From positions 124,001-188,000 of the forward strand of contig CM082588.2 of assembly GCA_040954595.2 (NCBI GenBank): DNA of 64,000 nt. The letters are read 5' to 3'. This DNA comes from Balanoglossus misakiensis (lineage: Eukaryota; Animalia; Hemichordata). Positions 50,501 to 63,961 of this stretch are shown piece by piece; positions within the stretch are counted from its first letter, which is position 1, and each line of letters opens with the position of its first letter. The notes under the pieces are model-generated. The model had not been told where the DNA came from. It saw only the letters and a list, made by a program, of their open reading frames with translations, and did not search any database. A program made the position numbers and the translations under genes.

Positions 50501-53500
50501 GCTGATACTAAATCAAGGGAGGATGTTCGGTTTAAGTTAGCAGCGGCTTGTTGGATTGTAACCACAGCGTCAATGTCAACGCTATCGTCCATAAATTCTT
50601 GGACATGTAGCATACAGGCTTTTCGCTTTATATATGCCGCCATTTTGCCTTTCACGCCCCCAATTGACAAGCTTATCGTTCGACGAAGTATAAAAGCACC
50701 CTGCACACACATTCACAAAACGCTTTGTGCGTCGAACGCAGCCCTGTACTTGTGGGTCTTCATGAACAGTGCCCTCAACCCACCAACATAGTCCAACTTC
50801 CTGCAGCATTGTAAGTTGCAACTATGTGCATTGTCTCATGCATTGTGTATCATCTCAGAGGACATGCCATGCATATACATGTAATCCTGGGAAAGAGTGT
50901 ACTTGACCATGAAATAATGCTGAAAGTTGAAAAATATTATAAAAAGAAATGTTTTGCAGCATGCACAGATGCCGGCTGCAACTTTCATGCACGCATTGGT
51001 TGTTTGCCAAAGAGTACAGTCTAACTAGCAGTACACTACTCACCCATATACAACTTCATCATCTGATTCATTTAACATAGAGAAGGTGGGATTGTCTTTG
51101 AAATGGGATTCTGGAAGATAGAAAAATCTCATACATAAGAATCAGGTAGCCAACAAGAAGATTTAAATTTTATGTCTGTTTTTATCTCTCTGATGTCAGT
51201 TATTTGTGATGGTCCATAGATGTTTTGAAAACAGAGACTGTGATGTATCACCACAGAGGGAGTTGTTCTCCAAACTAATATATAAATATTCACTTATGGC
51301 AGTTTATAGCCATAGAGGGTGTTAGCTTCATGACTGACATGCATTTGGATGTCAAATCCTCACAGAAGACACAGTGCCTTCTATGTAAAAGTCACAGAAG
51401 TCTAAGAACTTCATGTAAAACACACTGTCACTTGACACATCTTAAAACTAAGTCCTTACCTGTGCTTGCATTTTTGGAAGGCGAATATACATAGGCCATC
51501 GTGTAGAGATAGAAATTTAGTAATCCATAAAATGCCAAACATTCTGCAGGTACATGGAAGTCAAGGAAACTTCTTTAATATTTCACCGGGAAATACATAC
51601 TTGAAAGAAAAAAATAATCATTGACTGATCAGTTGTATCTGACCATCTGACTGTTCCATCCTCAAAATCTGAATTTCATAAGGGTAATGAATCAAAAGGA
51701 TATAGTTCCTATAATGCGTTGAAAGTTCTGGAACAAAGTTGGGATCCAGCACGCCAGTTCCAAATCTGAGGGCCATGATTGTTATACTGCAAAAAAAAGA
51801 CAAAAATGTCTATTTAGTGTCAAATTCAACAGTTTATAGTTTTTCAGATTCAGAGACATTCTGGGTGTAAATAATCAGAAAGTGATCTTGTTCTGCAATT
51901 TATGTGTATGCATTCTAAGCTGTCTCCAAGCAACGGTTTGACAGTATGGTGCAATATTAATGTGTATGTTGTTTCTTTACTCACCTTATTGCAACTACGC
52001 AAAACATGAGAGCTGTCATGAACTTTAACCTCAAATCTGTTGAAGAAGAAAAAGAAATGGATGGGTCAGTGCAGAAAGTTGATGTAGTATTAACTGTTGC
52101 TTATTCATTGAGGATGTGATAACAACAGAAACACACTGATACTGAGGTTCAACTTACCAAAGTACGGCATTGATCGGAGTTCTGTGTAAGCTCTCACAAT
52201 GAGGAAGACAAGGTATAATAAATAAATGCTGCCAATTATAAAGAAAAAAATCTTGAGACCCTGCAAGAAATGACAAACAAGAATGTTGGTGAAAAACTTT
52301 TGGACGTAACATATGCCAGCTGATATAGAAAGCTTCTAGATATCAGGGCTGAGATCATTGTTGCCACCCAACATAATTATGTTGAAATACAGAAGCAAAG
52401 AAATTTTAGCTTGATAAAATTCCACTCACCAGAAATCCGCCTGTGTCTACTTTGTACTGGAAGGTTGGATCTTGTAACTCGTGGTATTGTTGATATGTTG
52501 CCAGGCAGAATGCCGTGAACCAGAGAATGCCTGTGATGATCAGCTTTGGTAAATAGAATGTTGGAAATCTCCTTTCACTCTGAAAATTAAAAGAAAAAAA
52601 GTTAATATTAATCCCTGTTCCACGGAGTCATTTTTGCTTAGAAGGATTTAATTCTATTAAATGAATAAGGGTGTCATTTCAGCAATCTAAAATAAAATTT
52701 TGACAAAAATGTAATTTTGAAAATATGAATCTACAAGATGTACACTGACTTTATATACTGCAAAAGAAATGTGATAAATCCTACCTGTCTGACCGCATGA
52801 TATGAACACAACCAGAAGAGAAGCAATGCTGACAAGAAAGTTGCCTGGAAGAGGTTATCCATCATGATGGGTACCCAACTGTTTACAAGGAATGTCAGTG
52901 GAAAAATAGGATCTGTTGAATGGAAAATAGAAGACATCAAGCATCTACATTCTGTATTGAGTAGGATCTGCTTCTTCTCTGTATTTAAATCTACTGTTAC
53001 AAAAGTCAGAAGAATTTTCTAAACTGTCCATTGTACACAAGTGGTCTATAGACAGACAGATTAATGCATAAATTGTGCAGGGACTGTAACAAAGTGGCCA
53101 CTACAGACAAGTTTCTACTATATTAAGGTGGCCACTATCACAGGTTGGACTGTGTTTAGGACAGGAGAATAAGGCAATACTTTTCACTCACTATTGTGGA
53201 GCAGAAGCAATGGAAGGAGTAATGACATCCATTTTTGTTCAAAAGACCAATCTCTCATTGAAAACTTCCTCAATGAATGTGCAAACAGACACTGTAATGA
53301 AAAAAAGCAGAGAAAATTTAATATAAGCTAAGAATTCCACACAAAACAGTATATGGCTTATAATTTATAGTTGTGTCCAAACATGTCAGCTGCTAGATGT
53401 TTTAATGGCATTTCAGATGTTAAAGAGTATTGGCCTTCTTTGTATGAGACTACATGTATGGTTGTTAACATTTACACTGTAATAAACTCCCATGTTTTGT

Positions 53501-56500
53501 GTGACAACTGCATCAAAGAGTTTAATAATACGCATCAATCCAGACATAAGGTTATCATATACGTGTGGTGCATGTCACAGTTGCTAGTTTTTATCAAAAT
53601 CTGCTGTTACTGTTAATAATATTATATGTCAGTGGGGATCAGATACATCAACATCATAGACTTTTATTACATCACAACCAGAATATTTTAAACCAGTATG
53701 TGAAACACGACCTTTTATATTAGCAATACTATTTCTTCCCATGTAAATTTCATTGACCACACATCGTGTGTGAAGTGTGATCTCAGAGGAGTGTTGCAAT
53801 AGCCATGTTTGTCTTCCATGAAAACGTCAGAAACTCAAAGATATACTTACTGTTACAATGAAGGTCAGGACCAGAAATACAAATCGGAACCAGATTTCAA
53901 CTTGTGTAAATGATGGATAATAGGTGTGGAACTGAAAAGGAAAAAGAAGATTTCTACAATAAAGAAATGTCATGAAGCCATGATACAATACAAAGGTTTC
54001 CTGCATGGACACGAGTCAAATGGTATAAAACTACGCAGAAATAGTAAACTATGAAACAACATGTCAAGTGAGCGAGCTGTGAGACAGGCCAGTATAAAGG
54101 AAGAATTAATCCCAGCCCAAGCTGATCTAAAAAAAGTTTTAAGAAATAGAGACTTACATTGAAGACAATTTCTTTCATGTTGTCCTGTAAATTCTCCAAG
54201 CCATAAAAGTTTAAGGTGATTACATAACTGGTGAAATCGAGGAATGGTAAATGAAGCACAATAAAGGTCTCGCACACCTGTCAAGTAAACAGAAATGCAA
54301 TAACATTAAAACATTTTATACAGGGGTGACAGAAATTGAAAAATGGTCTGCGTAAAATTAATACTTTTGGAGAAAGAGTTGGTCGAACTAACCTCACCAC
54401 ATCGTAGCCAACGCGTTCTGTTGTGTGCTTCTTCACCCAATGCTCGTACAGACGTGTCGACATCCTGGCCATGGATCTTCACTCCCATCATAAAATTTTT
54501 GGCAAAAACTTCACCTGCCGCCACAAAAAAAAATTATATTCAAGTAAAATTTATGTGCAGGGATTATCTCTCTTCTTGCTTGAATACAGAGAAGAAACAA
54601 ATGTACATGTAGTAAGAGTTTTAAGCTAATGGTCTTATTCCTCCCTGTGATTGGTCTGGCTTACCTTTTACATGTTCTAGATATGGTGTTGCTACCAACC
54701 ACAGTTGTTGGTTGAATGTAGACAGAGTTGGGGATTTCAAATGAAACGGTCCAGCCTACAACAACAAAATAGACAAAATCAGACAATGACATCATTCAAA
54801 AACACATTCAGTGTTAGAAACACACTGAATTATCCACACACAAACAAAAACAATCTGTACAGAAATATTGAATACATACAACCCAACGTGTACAAAATCT
54901 AAACTCCCTCCAGGCAACTGAACTAAGCATCCATTCATGAATTAAAATCACATTCATCGAAGTGGCCATTTCTCATCCTTTGATTAAGGCAGCCAAGATG
55001 AAAAGTTCACCTCCATCGATTGCAGAAATTCAAACGGCTATTAATAATCTCGACAAGTGGCCCCCCAGTCCAGTCTATGCATTTATCAAAGACTCTACTC
55101 CACAGAAAATATTTATATTACAGTTCATGCATGTTCAAACAGATATCATTCATTGAAAAATAGTAAAAGCATTATAATAAAACATGCATCAGCCCAATGT
55201 ATACAGCAATTTACATGTATACACACATTCTGATCTTCACTTATATAATTTTATACTTACAGCTAAATTCTCAGCTTCAGGAACTAGTTGTGTGGCATTC
55301 TGTCCATAACTGTCCACCAGTGGAGGTCCTACAGAATATCAGATCAGATCAGATAAGATTAAATAAGACAGGATTAGATTAGATTAGACTTTGGTCTGAA
55401 TCACAGGGACACAGAGTGACAGTATGGGAAGAATAAATCATGTGATATTGTGAAACTTACCTGCAATACCAATTAATACTGTGATGAAGAAACAAACAAA
55501 AAACGCAACAAAGACCAACACAAACTGTCGCTTTGTCAGCGTGTAGAGACGCATCTGTACAGACCTGCAAAATATAAAAAAAAGATGTTATTAAATTATA
55601 TATCAAACAAACGTCAAGAATTTATTTTGTTTTTCAGTTTTTTTCTTTTATGGTTGGATTTTTCGGAGTATCATGACAAAATACAGACTTCATATCACTG
55701 TGTTAGGCAATGACTCAAGGTCACACCTAAAAATATACCTATGTTGACATTTCATCTACACTCACTTGAGTATTGAACATAAAATTTCACAATAAAATAG
55801 TACCATCTGCTGTCTCTATTACCTCATACATCAATAATATCTTCAGTGACTCATAAAATATACACATCATCTGCATACTTATCTCAGTACATGTGCATAG
55901 ATCATACGCCCTGAATCCTGTTACTTTATATGACCGCCTGAAGGTCATTACAGTAACATTTTTGGCCAAATGCAATCAGATTGACTAGACCAAGACCTGC
56001 CCTGTGAAAACCTATTCAATGATTAATCACACTGTAAAGTTTATGAGTTCTTAACTCCTTACATCTTTAGTGTTGGGTAAATATTTACTTGGAAATGATA
56101 CAGGTTGGCTTTGCTGAGTTGTCTTAATACATGTAGTTTGTCCACCAGTTATTCATACAGGGATGGGGAAACTTGTTAGCAATGCCATGCCAGTAAGAAG
56201 CATGGACACATCTGGTGGCTGTATGCTTACCATGCATGTTACAGTCATAAAGGGGAACCATATGGGATTGTGTTTTTTTTCACAACTGAAAAGTTGGCTA
56301 CACAGACCCAAGAAAGAAACCAGGTTCTATAGCATATTCATTTCAACTTGGGCAACTCAACTGCATAAAATATTTCCCAAACCCAATCAGGCATGCACAA
56401 GAAAACATGCATTCTATCTTACTGATGAAATACAAGTGAAAGATGTAAAGTCCTAGCTGTGACTTACTATTGTGAGCTAATGTTATCAACCTAATATTTT

Positions 56501-58529
56501 TCCCCATCACAACCTATGGCTTCCAACACCCACGTACCTGCAGCTCGAAAGCAGCGAAGCCATACACACATGGCAAGGCGTGGGTTGCTGTGGGTCCGTG
56601 GCCCTTACTACTTCCTTGACCCATTAGCATGAACAGTCAAAATAGGAGCACGCAGCTCAGAAAGGCGTGGGTCACTTGATACATTTTACACGCGTTTACT
56701 TTACACTTACTGGCATACATTCACATTAGGTTTACGGCACGTACAAGTTATTAGTGAATGGATACATTGGACGCTCTGAGTAACAACTTTGCATAAATCG
56801 GTTTTCAAATGCGGAAGTAGAATCTGAGTGTAAGTGCGCATCTCAAGACGTAGCTACTTAAGATGGAACTTTGTTTACAAAATAAATGGGCGAAGTTAAT
56901 AATCACATCAACATCATGGAAATAAATAAAATATTTCAATAGAAATGAGCGAAACAGCAGTCACAGACACATGACCATGTGAAATGAATTCAATGTTGAT
57001 GAAATGAACATCTCGTGAAATGATCTACCCCATGTATTAGCTTGAATTCAGTAGCTCGAGGTTTTGCCTTGTTTGTGTGTTAGGCGGCAAACACACAAAC
57101 CAAGAAAAAACCTCGAGCTACTGGACTGCAGCTAGATATGATTATGATGTACACTAGTACATAATGTATGCAACCAGTGGCAGTGATCTTCTTGTCTGTT
57201 CGGAGGAGAGCAAGTTAAAGGAAGAGAAATCGATTATTTCTGATTAAATATCCACGAAATGGACTCTCGAACTTAGGCGAATATATCCTGTCATGTGACA
57301 TAGAATTACAGTTCAACGTTCAGGTACTTACGGTTCTACGATCATAATTAACAGCTCCGAAGTTCACAATTTAAGCCAACACAAAATACAACAGTATTAA
57401 AGTACAGCCAATATGGCGAGTGCCACGTAATACGCATGCGCATTGCTATATATGTACGTTGTAAATACAGTAGCCACACAGAATTTCGTACATTGATATT
57501 CAGGAAATGTGTCCGTGTTTACGACTGAGCTGATATCTGTCCACTGGAAAATGTTGCCACGATATATGCTACTCATATACATTCCTAACCACATCGTTGC
57601 ATATTCGCATATATTTTGTGTTCATGATAATAATATCCAGTTTATTTTTAAACCTAGGCCTACATTTGCCTTGGCTTTGGTTTTTTAATAAGTGAATTAA
57701 CTGTACATTATACATGGTTATATTTAAAAGGAAGTGACGAAAAGTAAAGGCTCTATTCTTATAAAATAGATACAAAACACGTATTGTTGCTTTGCACCCG
57801 AATAAAAGTATAAAATGCCCGAAATTACATTTCTGCGCGAAGTCAGCTGAAACACGCCGTCGGATTAACCCCCTTACGCCACCATATTTGTCCAGCAGCA
57901 ATAAAATCACGGATTTCAAGGTTATGCTGGCCACAATGAATTACCAAGGTACCGCATCACCGATTGGAATGAAATGTTTACTGCATTCAAAATATTTACA
58001 TACATTCATATGCAAATGAATATTGAACACAGGCATCTTTCCCGGTGGACTTGTCGTGAAATTAAAATTGACAGTGGGTATACATCAAGAATTAATCATA
58101 CTTCGTTCGCATATGATATGTCACGTGTTACTCCGACAGATTCCTTTTAGTATATCACTACATATTAAACGTACAGAATGTTGTTGTGTGGTCGCAGAAT
58201 TTTAAAGATCGACTAGTGCATGGATAAGATACCGTTTGAACGCATGTTGGGATGAGTCCAACAAAAACGCGAAAGATTTATCAGTTATTACGGATCGCAT
58301 GAAGAATAAAGATCCGTCAGAATGAACAATTAGTCGCATGTAAAATCAAGTCAAATATGTTAATAAAGAGAATCCACGACTATGCTTACCTGTACACACG
58401 GTCGTGGTGATACTGCGGCGCTATGTAGCTTTCAAAAGCGCTGAAGAGGCCGGTGAATTGGATGAAGGCAGATCGAAGCTTTGCTAGCCAGGATGGCGAG
58501 TGATACGACGTGTATCCAAGATTATCCAT
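47595..58529 (-). CDS. TMEM181: Transmembrane protein 181 (Wntless-related, GPR178); multi-exon
   Basis: Exons: 58390-58529 (MDNLGY...), ~55461-55564 (SVQMRLYTLTKRQFVLVF), ~55261-55328, 54665-54755 (STFNQQLWL), ~54392-54514 (HNRTRWLRC), ~54158-54279, ~53851-53932 (EIWFRFVFLVL), ~53192-53291 (RDWSFEQKW), ~52784-52913, ~52430-52579, ~52158-52260, ~51985-52037, ~51704-51787, ~51460-51549 (FYGLLNFYLYTMAYVYSPSKN), ~51043-51112 (KDNPTFSMLNESDD) and last exon 47595-47679 (...YQGESDEESFN*). Confidence 0.92.
51550..51703 (-). other. U12-type (minor spliceosome) AT-AC intron in TMEM181
   Basis: 5' site |ATATCCTT, branch point TTCCTTGAC about 10 nt before a terminal AC. Removal restores ...HYRN-S-AECLAFYG in frame. 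Confidence 0.9.
53035..53153. mobile_element. Remnant of a Tc1/pogo-type MITE
   Basis: Repeated aagtgg(t/c)c(t/a) / gtggccacta...aca(a/g) subunits ending in acaggttggactg (CAGT-type TIR on the opposite strand). Confidence 0.35.
55339..55388. repeat. Degenerate (AGATY)n pentanucleotide microsatellite
   Basis: agatcagatcagat...attagattagattaga just upstream of a TMEM181 acceptor. Confidence 0.7.
57038..57134. mobile_element. Palindromic miniature element (long hairpin, TA at both ends)
   Basis: cagtagctcgaggtttt ... aaaacctcgagctactg are perfect 17-bp arms. Inner arms gtttgtgtgtt/aacacacaaac and outer tagct...agcta. Confidence 0.6.
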
Positions 58530-58844
58530 TTTGCAGAATGGAAATGATAAGTCTCTTGCGCGAGAGAAGTGATATTTCGAGGCGATAAACAGCTGAAAGT
58601 CGACCCGGAGCAAGCGCGATGACGGGACTTCGATTTAGGCCTATTCACAAAGGTAGCTCCAGGATTGATAGCGAATACACTCAAGAATCGATAGAATTGA
58701 TTAATATTCATAAGAGAGTCAGCGCTCTGTTAAATAATGCAGTTTGAACAAGCCGTCCTTCCCAAGCGCTGTCTGAGTAAGCTCATTACTGAGTATTTCA
58801 GTCTGAAATACTCCACTGGATTCGAAATAAAGGAAGAACACCCT

Positions 58845-58966
58845 GTTTCTATGACAACAGAATGACGTACTCTGAAACCTCGGAACGCGTCCGGAGCCGA
58901 GCTGTTTTTCTCCCAATCTTCAATCACATGACCCCGTTAGGAATAATTTGCCGTTACCATAGCAAT
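58845..58966. promoter_or_regulatory. TMEM181 promoter region: two RFX X-box-like sites and an M-box
   Basis: GTTTCTATGACAAC 58845-58858, TCACATGAC 58924-58932 and GTTACCATAGCAAT 58953-58966. Confidence 0.45.
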
Positions 58967-61202
58967 GTGTGATTCGATGACGATGGTACAGATTTGGTCA
59001 TTGTTAAACGCTACCAATTGAAGAACTCGTCGTTCAGAGGGATCCACCGACATTCATTTTAGACGAGAGACGTGATACCACCCTACAGCAAACAAATTTA
59101 GAGATAATATATTGTATACACATGAACGATTGAGAGACGTACGTTTTATTGAATGTTACGTTTTGAACGACTAAACATGGCTTTATTTGTACATATGAAT
59201 TGCATTTACGATCTCAATGTTGAATCCACCCTGTGTTATTTTTACTTTCTAAATACGAGAATTCGATTGTCAACGTTAAACACGATTATAGTCTAATCTT
59301 GTTTTTGGGGGCAGAAAAGATTACAGCAAAGATAATAGGGATGAATCAAGAGAGATAGATTGAAAGAGGTGGGCAGAGAGAGGCCGAGGGAGAGATATTA
59401 ATTAAACATAAGATAAAGGGCCTGAGGTAAATGACATATCTGTACTATGTCATATGGATTAGCAGAGGCACACACAATTATCAACGGCTTATTTCCAATT
59501 ACGCGTCGATTTTTATCAAGACGTGCGGGGCCCAATATGCATGCCCAGAAGGAATATAAGACAGTTGCGCTGCACGTCTATTAGGTAATTATACATAGTT
59601 CATTCACGTTATTGTTCAGCAATTAAGAATTACATATATGTCTGGTTTTGCATGGTTATTTATTCTATTAATTCATTCTCTCTTTCCAAAAAAACTATGA
59701 ACAGTCCGACCCTTATTTATTTTCCATGCCAACAGCAATATCTACGATTTAAAAAAGTTTAGTGAAAGTCTTACATTTTCAAAGAATTATGCATGCTTCG
59801 TAGAAAAACTGCATTCTACGGCGAATGTACAATAATTAATTCAAATTGTGTTCAGTCTGTTTGCGGTCTGCAGCTATATACACAGTTTACAGTTAATTAA
59901 TTCTGGGGCTGTGTGGCTTCAAGGTTTGACATCATTTCAAAATGCCACGTCGGTGGATAACACCACTACAAGTCCCACGTTTCGAGTTTGTTATTGACCC
60001 CGTTCAAATCTGTATTTGAGAATAATGGACACAAATTGATTATTTCCGAGCACTGCATATATTGGCGTCCGTGCGTGACATATATGTGTTGTTTCTTCTT
60101 GGGTCAATGTACAGTTGAACACACAGACAGTACTACAAGAGGGATTGCGAGATTGGATGTGTGGGGGCGCTATTACAATGTCTTCCTGCACACGTGTGTG
60201 CTTTCTTTCGTAAAAATATTTGTAAACAAAAATCATAGTCATGCATTTCACGTCACTGAAAAGAAACAGACAGAAATAAATCCTTGGTCTCATGTTAAAA
60301 GAAAACACATTTATTTCAAAATGTATTTTTTCATAATAGACTAAATATGGATAAAAATTATATAAGGTTTCCTTTCACTCTATTAAAATATTCCTTTGAA
60401 CCTATAGCTGTATAGCCACCACAATTCATCTCCAGTGTTTGAAACACACCAACCAGAAACAGTTAAATCCTCAACCCAACCTTGCGAAGAACAGTTACAG
60501 ATTTATACACAAAACAAAAGGTGATTGCATTCTCACACTTCACACTGACATTTCTTTGGAAGTGTGCGCAAATGATTATGTACCCTTTACCTCTATCTCT
60601 ACAATTCTGACTAAATTGTGTATAGAAAAAATACATTATTACTAAAACTATATACCCTTTACAATTTTCATTTATGTTTTGGAAATAAATGCTAAAATGG
60701 GCAAAAGTTATACAAGACAGTACTGTATTACAATCTGATTATTTACTGTACAAAAATTGAATGTTCCCCACAAAAATGAAATTTCTTTTATGCCTGATTG
60801 CAAATTATAGCCATAATGATTAATGTATTTGTATTATTTTTGGTATAAGAGCAAACTTTATGTCTCTATTACTTACGGCAAACAGGACTATTTATGGAAG
60901 TCAAATGCTGGGCAGACTGAAGTCAAAAGTCACCTTCTGATTTGTAGTAAGATCAACATGGAGATCAGTATACCTCAGAAAAGCAACAATCATGCCCACC
61001 TGTTCAAATAAAAAAAGTTGGCTCTAATGAGGACTTGTTATGTCACACATCCCTGTAAGATAACACCGTAGCCTACTGTAACAAGAGTCTGATAATCCAA
61101 TTATGTAAAGGACATATTACCTGTCAAGAATGGTCCCATTACTTCAATCACTCCCCATAAAGAAACTTGATCAGGATCTACCTTAAAATTAATTAACGAT
61201 AT

Positions 61203-61289
61203 ATAACCATGTCACCACCATAGTTTCACCCAAAACCATCACTTTGTATGGCAAAGTTGGACCTGCGGAAACAGGGTTGAAAGGGTTAA
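61203..61289. mobile_element. Second copy (inverted) of the same MITE family
   Basis: Reverse complement ttaaccctttcaaccctgtttcc...ccatacaaa..atggttttgggtgaaactatggtggtga aligns by eye to 15066-15158. Confidence 0.55.
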
Positions 61290-62323
61290 CTTTAGTTAAT
61301 GGTTAAATGGTTTTTATATCACCACATATGTACATGTACATTATAAATAAATTAAATCTGTGAAGCATTTTATTTTACAATAAAACAGAAAAGTTCATTG
61401 AAAAAAACATGTTTCAGTTCAATTAATATAGAAAACATTATTTATTACAAATTATGGGAATAAAATATTATAATCAGAAACTGGTACCTAAATGCTATAA
61501 TTCCAAGGTTCACATGTTAAAGTTATATCAAATTTCCAGAATTTTCTAATGATTCCAAAATTGATTATGCACTGTCTTGTTGCTATCTTGCTAAAAATTG
61601 ACATCCACAGTATCATCACCTGTTTGGTTAATTTTCCCAAGTATTCAAATCAGACACTACCTTGTATTTTCTCAGTCTGTCTAATTTTATGAGAACAACA
61701 GCACAAAATCTAGCAAAATTTATTCCAAGTAAGTTGAAATTTAGTCAATATGGCAGTTTCCATGATTTGGCATAAGTTGCAGCAAAATGGTGAACTAAAT
61801 GAAGAAATACTATGAGTATATCATCACTACAGTGTAACCCTTCTGAACAAGTACAGCACTTTCAAACTTTTGATGATTTAGCTGCTGTTAACCGATGTCC
61901 CCCATTGTTATTTTTCATTTACAATTCATATCCATTCCTATGAAAATTAAACTCTATATAACTTCACAAAGTTTTTTTTCCCCAGATTAAAAAATATACA
62001 AAATTTGAACTTTCTGTATGTATTCAGGAAGAATATTGCAAGGTAAAGTTTATTGGTTTAGACACCATTAAAGAAGAGATGTAAACAACTTCTGATCAAT
62101 AAGCCTGAGTTCCATCTTGACATCAGAGTTCTTTTCACCTTTGTGTGTATAAATTTCAATCCTTTCCAGAATTATTCTGACATTCCACAACAACATCCCC
62201 ATTCCATTGCAACCCAGTATATATAATGGGTCAGTCCATTCTGAATAAAACAAGGGGTGTTCTACCTTCAAAAGCAGGCTGGGATAGGGCCAGGTGGATT
62301 GGTATATATATGAATACACAACC

Positions 62324-63961
62324 TCAAAGGTGAGTCTCGTGATAATTTTTATCATCTGAGGCACTCTCATCATTGTCTTTTTCTTGCATATCTGAATGTT
62401 TCTGATCAGTTGCAGACTTCTTTCTGTGCTTCGCTTTCTTCTTGGTTTTATCCATAACAGGGCTGGATTTGGAACTGGGTTTTGGGCTTGACTTTGCAGC
62501 CTTCTGAGCACTTTTATGTTTGTCTTTTGCACCTTTGTGTTTGCTGAACACATCTGGATGATGCTCCTTCCACACTCTCAGTGTCTCTCGGCTAATTTCA
62601 CTTTCCAGAAACCTGTCAATATCTTGTAGTTCACTTTCTTTGGCCTGGAATAAAATGATATCCTGGATTGTAAACTTTGTTGAGGATTCCTTCACTAACG
62701 TAGGGAGTCCAGATCTTCAATTGACTAGACACATGGCAACAGACTGCAGTGTATTGTGGGTAAAAAGAGGTACACACCATAGTAATTCAAACTTCCCCGA
62801 AAATGCAACTGGATTTGTGTCACTTTGGCACAATGTGTGAACATTTACCAGGGTAATACCGAATAGAGGACCCTAAACAGAAAGTTGAAGACATTCCACA
62901 AAGAGGTCGAGCCTCTACTGTGATTCCAAAGGCACACTCCTTTACCTTCAGTGTTCGTTCTAGAGCCCTCCTTTTCAACATTTTCTCATTCTTCTTGGGA
63001 TCTCTGGACACGATGGAAAACGACCGAAGTCTTTCCGGCTGCGACATATTTTGCCGGCTCATGGCAGTTTCCACTCCACCAACTTTGACCTTTGCGCTTT
63101 TCATTGACCCATACAATCTCAACAGCCCATCTGACTTGATGTCAGGTGCACTGTCATCTGCAAAAAATAAAACAAAACAGGACAATTGAGACTCTTAATA
63201 AAATGAACTTGAATATAGAAGTCTAGAGCAGTCAGTCGTAATACAGTTTTGTTGAAAATTGTTCTTGAATTCAATGAATACACAAGCTATGTTTGCATGC
63301 AAAATACTGGCATCATGATCATGAGTTAGAAACTGGTTAATACACAGAACTAAAAACAGATGCTTGATGTCTGTCAGGTCAATACTAACCAGTGTCTGGA
63401 TGACGGAGAGGAAGATTAACTGTGGCACGACCTTGAGCTTGGTCTTGCTCCTTTTGCCAAATTTGATATTCAGTTTCAGCCTGTGCATGACTTTCCGTTT
63501 GACCTTGATCATCAGACTGTGTCACACATTCTGGTTTATCTTGACTTTCAGCTTGTGAGTGATCTTCAACTTGGCTGGGAGATTCAGACTTGACATCTTG
63601 ATCTTGATTTTCAACCTGCCCTTCAGAATGGTCCTCTGTTTGACTTTCAGGGTCTAGCTGGGCACAATCTTCTTTTTGACTTTGAGATTCGGACTGATTC
63701 TGTTCTTCTTCTTGTGAGTTCAAAGGTTCATTTTGAATTTGAGATTCAGACTCTACATCCTTTTGTATTTGACCTTGGGACTCTTCTTCTGTATGACCTT
63801 GACCTTGCAGTCTATGCTCTGTTTGACTGTCTGTATGATCTTGGAGTTCAACCTCAGTCTGGCTGCTGTCTGTGTGATCTTGCTCTTTTGAGAGATCAGA
63901 CTGGGAACTTCGTACAGACGCTGTTGGTGAGTCATTTTTCTCTTCCTCCCCCTCACTTTCA
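62324..63961 (-). CDS. 3' exons of an unidentified protein (acidic E/Q/S/D-rich region, charged helical segment, Lys-rich tail, C-terminal ETHL); gene continues beyond the window
   Basis: Phase-consistent GT-AG exons 63390-63961, 62946-63157 (...KMLKRRALERTLK|gtaaag) and 62324-62644 (AKESELQDIDRFLESEI...YHETHL*). Family not recognised. Confidence 0.7.

Noticed and set aside
54665-54755. Suspected frameshift in a TMEM181 exon
   Set aside because: On recount the exon is 91 nt (phase 0 to 1) and reads through.
62068-62553. 161-aa ORF as a separate gene
   Set aside because: It is an alternative frame overlapping the last exon and 3' UTR of the terminal gene, with no recognisable domain.
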